A model generated the notes under the pieces. That model was not told the origin of the DNA and ran no database searches. It worked only from the letters and a program-made list of their open reading frames with translations. Both the position numbers and the translations under genes were made by a program. Shown here one piece after another: positions 12,165-23,600 of a DNA stretch of 48,940 nucleotides (position 1 is its first letter; each line of letters begins with the position of its first letter). The stretch is from Mayamaea pseudoterrestris. Its lineage: Eukaryota. The DNA lies in NCBI GenBank assembly GCA_027923505.1, contig BROI01000022.1:620001-668940 (forward strand), written 5' to 3'.

Positions 12165-15100
12165 ATGCTAGATATCTTGACTAGTGGCACTTCATCTTCA
12201 ACGACACTTTTCTTACAAGCATTTGCAGTACTTTTACTCGGCATTTGCCTTTACTTCTACATTTTCAAACGATCCATGAGTAGCTCTCTGCTAAGTCCGA
12301 TCATTGCCAAGGCCTTGGCGCAGTTTGTCGTTGTGGATGCGCATGACGTTCAAACGAGTCTCTTCACCAAAGCTGGAGTTTCCTTGAGCAACTGCGAGCT
12401 TCAACCAACCTTTATACAGCTAAATGAAACAACGACTGCTGTCATTACTGGAACGGTTCAACTTCTGAGTTTCTCGTGGAATTGGGGAAGTCAGCCGAAC
12501 GGAGGTTCCAACTTTGTCAAGGACGCGCGACTGCTATTGGAGAAGGTGCAAGTGACGGTCACGCTCTCGTCAAATCATGATGGCAAGGATGCCAGCGCCA
12601 TGGGAGCAAAGCCGCTAGGCCAAGCCGATGGTGCAGCAACAGATGCATCCGAAAAGGACGCGCCGGTTGGTTTCGTGCAGGATCAAGTGAATCGCATACT
12701 TGACGCACTTGCCTTTGACGTTTCGGACTTGAGCGTCAAGATTGTGATTGCCGGCAAGGATTACAATGTTGCACCGGACGAGCAGTCGTCAAGCCTCGTT
12801 TTGGGATTGGCTGGCGTAACGCTCGAATCACAGAAACAAGGCGGGGATAATGGACTGATCGTTCAAACCATGGCGCTAAATGGCTTGTTTGCCAACGTTT
12901 TGGTTCACAATAGTGACGTTGGCACGAGCAGTAACTTTGCGCTGTTGGAACCAGTTTCGTACGCAACGACCGTCACGCGGCCAAGTGGACTGCGCGACTT
13001 GACTGCACTGCTGCAGCATGGACTTGAAACTGTCGGAGCTTCGACTGACCAAGGCATTGTTGTGCATGCTGGACTGGAACAAGTTGGTCTTTTGCATCGG
13101 CTGGGAAATGTTTTGCTGGTGAGCGAGGTAGCGAGCAAGGATGAACTAAAGTCAATGGCGGCGGCTCTGGTGAACGACGGCTCCGAGGGCGAAGAAAAGG
13201 TTGAAGTTTTTGAGGAGCATGGACTAGAAACCATTACTTCGACAGACAGCGAGAACGCACCCACCAGCAGCTTGGCGTCGGCGGACCAAGAAGGGTCATT
13301 CGTCAAGCTCCCACTGTCGGCAATTTCAATTATATTGCCCAACGACACGAAAATCTCCATGACTGGTCTGATGTTAGACTACAAGCTTGATGGCAGTAGC
13401 ATGACTGTAACTGGACGAGAAGGAGTTTCCATCAACGGATATCCTATCATGGCAATGTCCGACTCGTGCGTGTGGGAAGCGAACTTGATCGAGTCGCAGT
13501 TCCGCGCCTATTCGTCCAATCCGCAGCAAACGGACGAGGAATCAGTGGTCAAAATTTGCGCGCGGCAAAAGGAACTAGATTGTTTGAAGGACGGGGCGCA
13601 GCAGCTAATCGGCATTGCGCATGCCCTAGCTACTGCTGATTCAGATGCTCACCTGGCCGTGGCGAACACCAAGACTGCCAGTAGTGCCGATGAGGCCGCA
13701 TCGTCGACTTCGGCCAAGGCATGGTCGGCGGACATTGCGAGTATGGCATTCATGTTGCGTGATACGAATGATGACTTGACGGTTGAGCTGTTGGTGCGTG
13801 ATCTAAAGGCTCGCTCGGCGGGCATGACTTTATCGATTGGTTCAGTCGACAAGTGTTATTTACCCCATACTATTCGACTGGGCCAGCCCTTGCTAAATAC
13901 GAAACTTCAGTACAATGGCACCCTGCTCACTCTGGATATTGACGACGTTGTGGCTGTACTAGAGGAACCTGATGTTTCGCAAAAGCCTGTCGATGATGTC
14001 GAGGACATCAAGCTGGCAACGATGGAGCAGCCCGCGAGCGCATTGTCGGCTAGTGACAAGGCGGTGGACGATGGATCAATGATACTTCCATTTGGAATCC
14101 ATGCCCTTGCCAAGAGCATTAAAGTATACAATACAGACGGCAGGTCGGTTCACACGACAATCAAAGCCTTGCGGTTTGCCGCGGGTCCTGATCTGTCAGA
14201 GGATGGACAGCAGCCGACTGGTGCAATTCGCACACTCGTCATGATGGAAGAGTTCAACCATGACATGCTGAGCATGAACTTGGCCAAGTTATCAGCCGTC
14301 GTTCACCCTGGAAATTTGAACCGCATTGACAAGCTTGACTTTGATGCTCGTGTGATTGCGATTGCGAAAGGTTACAGCGTGTTTGCGTGGCGACGTTTTT
14401 TCGCGACAGGCGATGAACGACGAGAACCGAAAAAGGCGAAGACAAAGTCAAAGAAGCAGAACGCACCAATTTACCTTCCTTATGCTCACGTCCATGAAAT
14501 CAAGCTAAAGATTGCGGTCAAAGCGACTTTGGTGTCGGCAAAGGACGCAACTTTGCATCTTGGCGAGTTTAGAGGAAATGAATCGACTACGTTGAACGAT
14601 ATGATCATGTGGTATACGCAGCGAGTTCTTTCTAATGCACCGGGTGTGATCACGAACGCCAGTCTTCTCGGCTTTAACGTTTCGGATACGGCTGCAAGCT
14701 ATGGCGGCGCTGTAATGCTAAGCAGTGCTGTCGGTGCGTTGGGAAGCGCTGCTGCTCCCGTTGCTGGCGTGCTTGGCATGGTCGGCTTTGATGCCGTGAA
14801 GAATACGATAAACGCAGGGAAGAGGGAGAGAGGAGCTGAAGACGATGACAAACGTCAGCTTGGAGATTTCTTTCGAGGCGTTGGTCAGTTGGGGAAAGAG
14901 GCAGCGCAAGGAGGGGCGTCTGCGAGAGGAAAAAGTCAGGGTCAACAGGCTGATGCACTTGATTGGGCACTTGGCGCGACTGGGAACGTAGGGCATTATG
15001 CAGACCAGAACAAAGCTAGACTTGGAGGTGCTGGAGTCGGCGCGGTTGGATTTGGATATGGATTCATGCTCGGTGGTCCAGTTGGGGCGCTGGCTGGTGC

Positions 15101-15191
15101 CTTGATTGCCAGTCGTGCAACCAGTGGCACAATCAACGTCGTGGATCGCAGGTTGAGAGGAAAGAAAGGAGAGATGGCTGTCCGGCAGTAG
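12165..15191 (+). CDS. Large hypothetical protein, VPS13/ATG2-like (Chorein_N-like start, ATG_C-like end); start could be 12165 or 12276
   Basis: Intronless ~1000-aa ORF. The segment IIAKALAQFVVVDAHDVQTSLFTKAGVSLSNCELQP resembles Chorein_N, the middle is beta-rich, and the C-terminus is Gly/Ala-rich and amphipathic. The ORF is solid but the family call is tentative. Confidence 0.55.
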   Translation: MLDILTSGTSSSTTLFLQAFAVLLLGICLYFYIFKRSMSSSLLSPIIAKALAQFVVVDAHDVQTSLFTKAGVSLSNCELQPTFIQLNETTTAVITGTVQLLSFSWNWGSQPNGGSNFVKDARLLLEKVQVTVTLSSNHDGKDASAMGAKPLGQADGAATDASEKDAPVGFVQDQVNRILDALAFDVSDLSVKIVIAGKDYNVAPDEQSSSLVLGLAGVTLESQKQGGDNGLIVQTMALNGLFANVLVHNSDVGTSSNFALLEPVSYATTVTRPSGLRDLTALLQHGLETVGASTDQGIVVHAGLEQVGLLHRLGNVLLVSEVASKDELKSMAAALVNDGSEGEEKVEVFEEHGLETITSTDSENAPTSSLASADQEGSFVKLPLSAISIILPNDTKISMTGLMLDYKLDGSSMTVTGREGVSINGYPIMAMSDSCVWEANLIESQFRAYSSNPQQTDEESVVKICARQKELDCLKDGAQQLIGIAHALATADSDAHLAVANTKTASSADEAASSTSAKAWSADIASMAFMLRDTNDDLTVELLVRDLKARSAGMTLSIGSVDKCYLPHTIRLGQPLLNTKLQYNGTLLTLDIDDVVAVLEEPDVSQKPVDDVEDIKLATMEQPASALSASDKAVDDGSMILPFGIHALAKSIKVYNTDGRSVHTTIKALRFAAGPDLSEDGQQPTGAIRTLVMMEEFNHDMLSMNLAKLSAVVHPGNLNRIDKLDFDARVIAIAKGYSVFAWRRFFATGDERREPKKAKTKSKKQNAPIYLPYAHVHEIKLKIAVKATLVSAKDATLHLGEFRGNESTTLNDMIMWYTQRVLSNAPGVITNASLLGFNVSDTAASYGGAVMLSSAVGALGSAAAPVAGVLGMVGFDAVKNTINAGKRERGAEDDDKRQLGDFFRGVGQLGKEAAQGGASARGKSQGQQADALDWALGATGNVGHYADQNKARLGGAGVGAVGFGYGFMLGGPVGALAGALIASRATSGTINVVDRRLRGKKGEMAVRQ

Positions 15192-15466
15192 TGGGAGCTA
15201 TTTGACTAACTTGATTGGTAGATAGACATAACTATAGTTACATATGCCTACTCATTTGAGATATCTCTACATACGCTAGAAGCTGCTAGCAAGTATCACA
15301 GTGCTCAATCCACTGGCTGTACCGATGTAAAATAACAACTGCATTGACCCGATTTATATATATGTTGTAGCTTACAATTCGATATGCACAAGGAGCGACT
15401 GAATACGAACCACAACAACAACATCAAAATTGCAGACGCATTTTGTAAAGTTGTCTCTATGCCTTA

Positions 15467-17041
15467 TTATTTGTCTCGTATAAAGCCGTAAGCTTTTTGC
15501 TCACTTTGCTTCATGCGTCGATTAAACGTGGCTCGTCCAAGAAGCCCCACAGCCCTCTTGCGAGCATACGGGCCAGTCGCGCGAAAGAGGTCAAAGTCTG
15601 GATCACCAGACAGAGCGATACCTTCCAACAGTGCCAATCCTCTCGTGACAAGAGCAAAGAATGGAGGCACCGAAAAGGGATACCGAAAGAATACTTCATT
15701 TAGTTCGTTAGAGATTTGCATGAGACTCCGCTTTCGATGATTCAAATCACTTCTTGACTGCAAAAGACCAACCGTCAGTATTTTGACAATAAGTGGCTTA
15801 ATCTCCTCAGTATCAAAATCTTGCGGCAGGAAACCAAGGTCCTTGGCGTCGTAGTCGACGAGCGTATCGTAGTCCCTCATCAAAATATGAACAATGGCCT
15901 TGGTCATGGCATTGCGCGACTTTTCGTCAATCTCTGTACACAACCCAAAGTCGATGAGGGCCAGTTCACCTTTTTGCGTCACTAGCAAGTTTCCCGGATG
16001 AGGATCGCTGTGAAAATGCCCAATATCAAGCAGTTGCGTCAAAAATAGCTCAATGCCCACCGGAATGAGCTTGCGAATCTGGTCCTTTGGAGCATCCGCC
16101 AGCTTGATCCCTTCAATCCACTCTGATATGAGAACCTTTTCAGTCGAGTACTTGTCATGCACTTTCGGAATAACGACTCTGACGTTTAACCGATGCAACT
16201 CCGTTCGAAACATGCTTTGATTGGCGGCTTCAAGCTGATAATCGAGTTCACCATATGACCCTCGGGCAAAGCTATCATACAATGCTTCATGAAAGGGAGG
16301 CTGGTTGGTAAACATGCTTGTGAAAATGTCCACGAGCATTCCGACTCGCTGCGCCAAGAAAAGATCCAAGCTAAAGCTTTGCCGCATTCCAGGTCGCTGC
16401 ACCTTGATCGCCACAAGCTCGCCCGTTTCCTTCAATCTACCTTGGTAGACTTGTCCCAGGCTCGCCGCAGCAACGAGCTTTAAATCACCGAAAAGGTCTT
16501 GCAGATTGGCGCCACTAAATTCATCCCGCATGACACTCATGGCCAACTCGTCTGGAATGGGCCGCACGGCATCACATAAATGCTGCAGCTCGGCCAAGAC
16601 GGTCGGCGGAACGAGATCTGGTCGTATTGAGACTTGCTGTCCCAACTTGACAAAGGTTGGCCCAAGGTTCGTCAACGCTTCCCTCCACTTGGCGGCGTGT
16701 TGGCGCTGCAGATCCTCCAATGACATTTGCGCGTCACTCTTTGGCGGAAACAAGACAAAATCCTTGACAAAGTACCCTGCCAATGGAACGAGCTCGTACA
16801 AAATGTGAACAAACCTTGCGCACGTTGTCATGGGCCGCTGCATCCAGTAGTCGTGAATGACATTAGCGTCATAGTGTCTTGGCAGACGAATGGCTTTTGC
16901 GTCAGTCGTTCGTTCCAATCGGTTGGCGCGATACTCGACCAAGGCTGCAACTCCGACAATGCTTGTCGACGCGACGAGCGAAACGGAAAGAATGGGTCGC
17001 CTGGATATAGTTCGACGAATCATGCCTGCTGTAGTCGACAT
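15467..17041 (-). CDS. ABC1/UbiB-family atypical kinase
   Basis: Motifs LGPTFVKLGQ, AAASLGQVY, VAIKVQRP, ELDY, FHSDPHPGN and LIDFG. Confidence 0.95.
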   Translation of the reverse strand: MSTTAGMIRRTISRRPILSVSLVASTSIVGVAALVEYRANRLERTTDAKAIRLPRHYDANVIHDYWMQRPMTTCARFVHILYELVPLAGYFVKDFVLFPPKSDAQMSLEDLQRQHAAKWREALTNLGPTFVKLGQQVSIRPDLVPPTVLAELQHLCDAVRPIPDELAMSVMRDEFSGANLQDLFGDLKLVAAASLGQVYQGRLKETGELVAIKVQRPGMRQSFSLDLFLAQRVGMLVDIFTSMFTNQPPFHEALYDSFARGSYGELDYQLEAANQSMFRTELHRLNVRVVIPKVHDKYSTEKVLISEWIEGIKLADAPKDQIRKLIPVGIELFLTQLLDIGHFHSDPHPGNLLVTQKGELALIDFGLCTEIDEKSRNAMTKAIVHILMRDYDTLVDYDAKDLGFLPQDFDTEEIKPLIVKILTVGLLQSRSDLNHRKRSLMQISNELNEVFFRYPFSVPPFFALVTRGLALLEGIALSGDPDFDLFRATGPYARKRAVGLLGRATFNRRMKQSEQKAYGFIRDK

Positions 17042-17483
17042 GGTTAATCGAGTTTCAGCAAGTTATATAGTATCAACAGCGACCTTTACACTGCATTGTA
17101 TATTTTCTATTGTAGATTCATACTTTGGAGCACCCTGGAGTCGAATCAGCAAAGCCTGCTTGCATGCGAAGTGTGACGAGTGTCGAATCGAAGAAACGTG
17201 CCGAACGATGCAACAATGAAAAGACGGAAGGACGTTTCTAGAAAAAAGCCAGCTATCACTACCGGTACCACCGCTTGCCGCTTGGTTTGCCATCAGTTTG
17301 TGCCCATACGGGTACTAGAAGAAACCAAGTAAGGATATGTAAATATAAAGTAGGTTCTAGGGTAGTTTTAACGGACGCTGCCGGCCTGGAGAGTGACCGG
17401 CGCATCAAACCTCTAATGCGCATATACATATTATGTAAATCGGAACGGAACGCCCGGCAATGCTGATGAAAATTAGCATGTCA

Positions 17484-18938
17484 TCAGCTGACGAGGCTCA
17501 TGAATGGTTCTCCCTGCTCCTCGGCAGACTCAAAGAATTCGTTCCAATCGGCCGCGTCGAGAGAAGAGTCGTCGTCCACTTCTTCTTCATCATCCTGTAT
17601 TATGCATGTATTCATTCCGTTCTTCGATGTGAAGAACTCCTCCAATATCGCACCATCGCCCGGATTGACAATGTGCGCTCGCTTCACGCCGCGCTCCATG
17701 GCCCAATTGGTCCATCCCAAGTGCAGCAGCAATTCGACAGCTCCTGATGAAAGCGCTTGACGAGCCTTTTCAAACGTTGCAAAGCCAGTATTGTGAACCT
17801 GAACCTGATGATAGTCGGTGATGCTTTGAGCTGTAGACATGGTCAAGTCTTGAATGTTCTTGCCATTCGATTGAAGTACTGTGGCTTCATTGGACATGTA
17901 TACGAGCTTGTACGCTTCCAACTGCGATGCGACAAAGGCGCTCAAGTGGTAGCCATTCACATTGACGCACTCGCCGAGTGCACTATGCCCAACCGTCGTT
18001 AACAAAACAACATCATTGTTTCGTAAATGCTGTCGTATATTCTCAGTCGCCACCTTGGAGGCGAATCCTGTATACTGAAAGTCATTGCCTCGGACCGTTC
18101 CAAACTGTTGGGCCGTATAAAAGTTACCGCTGACAACGTTGCCTTCCAGCGCCGGACTCGATGACGATGACGTACTAGCCACTCCACCATGGACGCGCAA
18201 CGACTTGTTCAGTCGCCGCTCCACTTCCGTTCTCAAGTAGCCCGCTTCCTCCTCCGTTCGTCGCAACGTATCCGCATCCGTCACTTTGAGAGAATTGTGA
18301 CATGTATGAGCGTGCTCAATCTCCTCCACGTCACACGTATCGGCGTCGTATCGACAACCCGTCACCAGCACCAGTTTCATGCCGAGTAACCAGGCCAGTG
18401 CCATGTCGGAAAACAACTGGTCGGCTTCCTTGCCGTTGGAAGCGTCCAAAATTTCACCGGGAATGTGAATGACCGCCGTTTGATCCGAGTGAGACGCAAT
18501 GTACGGCGCACACAAGTGCATCATTTTGGCGAACGGATAGTTGCTGCTGCTACCTGTCGATGTGTTGTCCGTGTCGAACGACTCCAATTGTCGACTAGAT
18601 TCTTCCGCCGCCCGCAGCAAGAAGTCTTGCTCGACATTGACAAACTCGACTTGCGATGGGTCAAGCGATAGCAGTTTCTGTAGCTTTTCGGTATACTCGG
18701 GTGCTTGGCGATTGACCAAAGGTTCACCAATGGCAAAAGGTTCCGCAACGACGTCCTCGTCGTTTTCGGCTGATCGTGATCCACGATACAAGGAGCTCTT
18801 GGTAAAAGTTCGTCGCTCTGCTGCTGCTGTTCGTGTTCCAAAGGTTGTTGGATGCGACACGACAAAGGATGTCACATAATTCACGTCTGCTGCTAGACTA
18901 CAAGCCAAGATTGTTACGAGTTGCGTTCTCGGAAGCAT
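17484..18938 (-). CDS. N-acetylglutamate synthase (ArgA/plant NAGS)-like amino-acid-kinase domain protein lacking the GNAT domain; plastid-targeted
   Basis: APYIASHSDQTAVIHIPGE, VVSGNFYTAQQFG..GNDFQYTG and GVKRAHIV..DGAILEEFFT...GMNT match the NAGS AAK domain. The signal peptide ends at VTS-F, and an acidic tail precedes the stop. Confidence 0.8.
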   Translation of the reverse strand: MLPRTQLVTILACSLAADVNYVTSFVVSHPTTFGTRTAAAERRTFTKSSLYRGSRSAENDEDVVAEPFAIGEPLVNRQAPEYTEKLQKLLSLDPSQVEFVNVEQDFLLRAAEESSRQLESFDTDNTSTGSSSNYPFAKMMHLCAPYIASHSDQTAVIHIPGEILDASNGKEADQLFSDMALAWLLGMKLVLVTGCRYDADTCDVEEIEHAHTCHNSLKVTDADTLRRTEEEAGYLRTEVERRLNKSLRVHGGVASTSSSSSPALEGNVVSGNFYTAQQFGTVRGNDFQYTGFASKVATENIRQHLRNNDVVLLTTVGHSALGECVNVNGYHLSAFVASQLEAYKLVYMSNEATVLQSNGKNIQDLTMSTAQSITDYHQVQVHNTGFATFEKARQALSSGAVELLLHLGWTNWAMERGVKRAHIVNPGDGAILEEFFTSKNGMNTCIIQDDEEEVDDDSSLDAADWNEFFESAEEQGEPFMSLVS

Positions 18939-19559
18939 TGGATGGATCCGTGATCCGTTGTGCGAGTGTGATGGGCGATGGGTTTAGCGAATGGGTTTCG
19001 GATTTCGGATTAACCTGGAATGGGAGCAGATGGCCTCTACAACAGTGTGAAACCAACAAGAAACGATACAAGTCGCAGACACAAGAATATTGACACCTTG
19101 CTCTTGTTCGTTGCCAACCAAATATTCGATATGATCGAGTCGAAAGTGCACCAAGTGTGACTCCGGAAATGCAGGTGCACAACGCTCGTCGATGGAACAG
19201 TTTTGCCGCGACCGGCGCTTCCAGAACCATCGAGAAGGGACGTGGCCAAATGAGTCATGTTTGACGTGTCAGATTGAAAGGCAATAGTCGCTAGTGCCTC
19301 GTCAGACGCGAAAGTTGTTTGACACGATAATGACCTGTCGCATCGGTTTTGATATCTTGGCAGCGGCATCTTCTCCAAGGATTCTCCATGGTCGAATTCA
19401 TTTTGCAAGGATCTAGAAACGGTGCGACGCATCATGCCATTAATGCCAGCAATGGCGACTGATATTGGTGCTGCCATCAATCTCTCACATCGTCTCATCG
19501 ACCATTGCACGAAATAGTCTACATCGACAACGATTGTCGCTTCACTCTATACGACAGCA

Positions 19560-19976
19560 ATGATTGAAGTAATTCTAGATGACCGCTTGGGCAAAAAAGT
19601 CCGCGTCAAGTGCAACGAGGACGATACCATTGGCGATTTGAAAAAGCTGGCAGCCGCACAGCTTGGTACAAGCCGGGAGAAGCTGCGCATACAAAAGTGG
19701 TATACAATATACAAGGATCACATCACATTGGAAGACTATGAGATTCATGATGGAATGAGTCTTGAATTGTAAGTGGATCGAATGAGTAATTGAGTGCTAA
19801 TTTTCAACGATTGAGGAGCTTTCCGCTTAATCAGCCTTGGACGCCGATTGGAACTTTGAGTTATCGATTGCTTGTGTGTTTCGTCTGCGCAACTTGGTGA
19901 AAGTTTATTCGATGACTGATTCCTGTTGTCTTGCCTCATTCCCATCACTTCTCCGTCCGACAGATATTACTCGTGA
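19560..19976 (+). CDS. UBL5: Ubiquitin-like protein 5 / Hub1; exons 19560-19768, 19964-19976
   Basis: [30 protein letters not shown]... Intron 19769-19963 (GTAAGT...GACAG) restores the C-terminal LELYYS di-tyrosine motif; 73 aa. Confidence 0.97.
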
Positions 19977-20678
19977 TTCTTGGAGCACTGGCGCCGTGAA
20001 ACTTTAGTTGCCTGCTTTCTCGATTCCCTCAGAAGTGTACTAGGACAAGACTATTGCTGCGCTGCCTAGCAATTGGCTACTTGATCAATGGCAGATAATG
20101 TGAATGATTTCGAGCCGCATGGTACTTCAAGCACAACACGCTGGCTCCCTATGGATTAATAATTACTCAATAGCTATAAATAAATGATCATATATCCGAA
20201 TAATGATGTTCAAGCTACCGGTAGCTTCGGTATCCCATCAGTGGAGTTCCAAGTTTGATGATGCACCTATTCCTCAATTTACTGTTAGTAAAACTTTCGG
20301 GTAGTATGCGTGTCGCAGAACTAATCAACGAATAATGACGCCCAACTGAATGAGCGCCCACATTCTATCCCATAGTCAGCGCGCCAGCCTGGCTGTGACG
20401 CATGCATTCAACTATTGCCCTTCATCGAAAACGGTTTGCGAAAAATGCACGAGGAAGAGCCTCCATGGCGCTGCGTTGCTTCTGCTGCTGTCCATCCTTT
20501 CTGCATCCAGGCTTGCTGCCAAGATTCTGCGATTACTGCAAAGACAATCACGTCAACTCGATAAGAGAGGAATAGACTTAAAAGATTGATTGATTGGATC
20601 CAATCAGCGTGACAATCGATTGAACACAGGCAAAAATTTCCATCTTAGTCCTTGGTGCAAGCCCTAATTTCGACAGTT

Positions 20679-23600
20679 ATGGCAGCTCTAGCGGACAGAC
20701 CCGCAACAGTCCCTTCCATAACGCTTTCCATCACAAAGCAAGACGGTGAAAAGTTCCAATTAGCGAGCGAGGCAGTGAGCAAATGTCTTGAGCAATTGGA
20801 AAGATCCAAGGGTTGTGCCTCATCCACTACCAATGCTGCAGCGACAACGACGAATGAATCGGCCGATCAATCCACCAACGACGGAATAATGATTGGAAGA
20901 AGTAAAGGGTTGCTTGAGCTTCTGGAGGAAGCCGTCAAATTGTGTCAGAATCCATTTCTATCCGCTTTTCTGAGGCACCTTGCTGCTTCCAGACTTTCGC
21001 CGGATGAACGCCGACTGAGTCTTTTGCTCTTTGCGAACATGACCAAGTCTGCCAAGCTAAAGCTACTTTTTGATACTTTAGAAAGCAAGGACTCCACTGG
21101 TCTGGGTCGAGAGCAGCTGGTTTCGTTGTTTCGCATCATTTTGACATCCATATCATGCTGCGTACCACCGAATCACTGCGGCAGCACCTCAAAACCTCTC
21201 GAGAATGGCAGCCCCGAGAGTCACACGCAGGAGCGAAAGCGGTTCAAGGCTGACCACTGTCAAAGCGACGAAATTCATGCGGAACGATCAAGGGAGGACG
21301 AGGAGGCAGACGTTGTTGGAGCATCATCATTCGAATCTGCAGCGTCGCTCAAGGACGAGGATGATGCGGCCGCTTTGGTGCAAAAGGAAATTCAGGAAGT
21401 TGCGGCATATGCGGCTGACTCGCTCAAAAACTATACGTCGGGTCATTTTGGGGAAGGGAAAAACGTTACCTTTGCGATTTTTGGAGAGTGGTACAGCACC
21501 GAGGAAGCTGGCGAAAATGCGTCGTGGGTGGAACTGCTCCACAAGTCAAAGTGGTTAACGCCGCAGCCAATACGAAATGCGGATCTTCCAATTTCTCGAG
21601 ACGAGAGTAAAGCGACGAACTCATCGCAACCTTCTCATCAAGCCGAAGTTGCTGCACCTTCGGCCTTGGAGCATGAGTCGCCCACTGATAGTCCAACGTT
21701 GATTTCGTTTGACTTTTCGGGATCTGGCGCACCCCATCCGCTCGTCATTCGCATTTCGGAAGAGAACATACAAGCTCTTCGCCACATGGTATATCGTACG
21801 GGAATGATATTTTGTCAAGCGGCAGATATGTGCAAAATGCTCCTTCAACTGGCTAGTCGAACGTCTCCGAGTGCCCGACCAGACAACTTGAACGTCAACC
21901 GCGCCGTCTTCCATAGTGCCATTGGAAGGTTCGTCATTCCGGCTCATGTCATGCATCTTTGTTCTCCGGCTGAGCAAGAGGCGTTTGTTACGGCTCTCAT
22001 GGATATTTTCACATGCCTGCAAGGCTCACGCCAGGGGCTGGCACCGGACGAAGCTGACCTTCAAGAGGTTGCCACTGCTATATGCTTCTTTTGCGCTGGT
22101 AATAAAAGTACCAAGCTTAGCACCGCCTTTGAGCTTCTTGATGATCAACGACTAGGCTACTTGACGCAGGCACAACTTTTGCGCTATCTGCAATCACATC
22201 TGTTGGCGTTGACGACTCTGGCGTACCTCCAGCCAGTCTCGCCGCACATGCAGCGTCGAGCAACGACTCTTGAACGCGCGAGGATTTTGCGAGAGTCTGT
22301 CATGAGCGGGGCAAAATGGACTTTGTCGCATTTCTTGGAATATCTTGGGACGCCAAATCCAACAGGAACTCAAGACCAATTCTCTTTTGAAAGCTTTGCA
22401 TCCTGGTATTGCTCGGGCGGGTACAATGTAGCGCCGTGGCTGGAACTGCTCGATCTGAACAAAGTTCTCTCGTTGCTTAACGACCAACGGCCAGTCAGTC
22501 CCTTATCAATGGGGACACATTCCTTTCCGCATTCTGATCGAGGATTAGTGACCACAGCTCGACGGCCAGTTCTTCGTGATCGCATGTCGTCGCTCCGACG
22601 ACACCATGCACTTCGAAAAATTTCTTCCGCGCTACCACCAGACGTTCTCTTTTCCTTTCCAATGGCGGGTGGAAGGTCGCTGATTGTTCTCAGAGATGAT
22701 GCGATATACGTTCGGGAAATTGTCGACACGCTGTGCTTACTAGCTGCAAATCCACATGTCACTTGGAGTGCCTTGTATAATTGCGTTGCCAAACGTCGGA
22801 CGCATCATATGGAAGAAACCGCTACCTATGTGAACCAAGCTACTTTTGTCGAGTGCATGAAGGAGGCAATCCCTGCGAACGACAGAAAGCGACGCCTTGA
22901 AGATGACGACTCCGCTCCTTCCGTCACCGAGTTACTATCAAACTTTTACCAGTGCTTTGATATTGACCAAGGAGACAATGTCGCCTTGGACGAACTAATG
23001 GGAGGCATGTCTTTGTTGTGTGGAGGGAAGAAGAGTCTTAAGCTCGCTTTCGCTTTTGGAATATTTGATACCCGGCCAGGCATGAATCGCAAGAAACCTG
23101 GTGAAGGTGTTATTCACTCGTTAAGCGGCGAAGACCTGTTTTTATTTCTACGGTCGGTTCTTATAGTTCTGTTCTCATGCTGCCGGCAAAGTCTAGATTG
23201 GTCGGACGAAATAGTTGGACGATGCATATGTGACACGGCAAATCTAATCTGCAATGATGTTATGCGGCACCAATGGGAGACGAAGCACCTTGACCGATTG
23301 AACTTTGACGACTTTGGACAATGGTATAATGATGGTGGATTTGAACGCGCTCCATGGCTCGAGCTACTCGATCTGAAGAAGTGGGTACTCATCGACAATC
23401 TTGAAGCTCAACCGAAGCAGGAACCCGTGCTTTCAAATCCCTTGGGCAGCTCACTAGAACTACCTCGGCGTCCTGTCCGCTCAGAGAGTAGATCGCCGAA
23501 GCCTGCACCTCGCCCCGAAGCGAGGGAAAAGACTCGCCATATCGTATCCCTGCCCTCTGAAGACGATCTAGACGACTCATTCTTCGACGACAACCAAATT

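Noticed and set aside
19037..19510. 157-aa minus-strand ORF between the NAGS-like gene and UBL5
   Set aside because: Non-ATG start, no recognisable motif, and it lies in a divergent promoter region.
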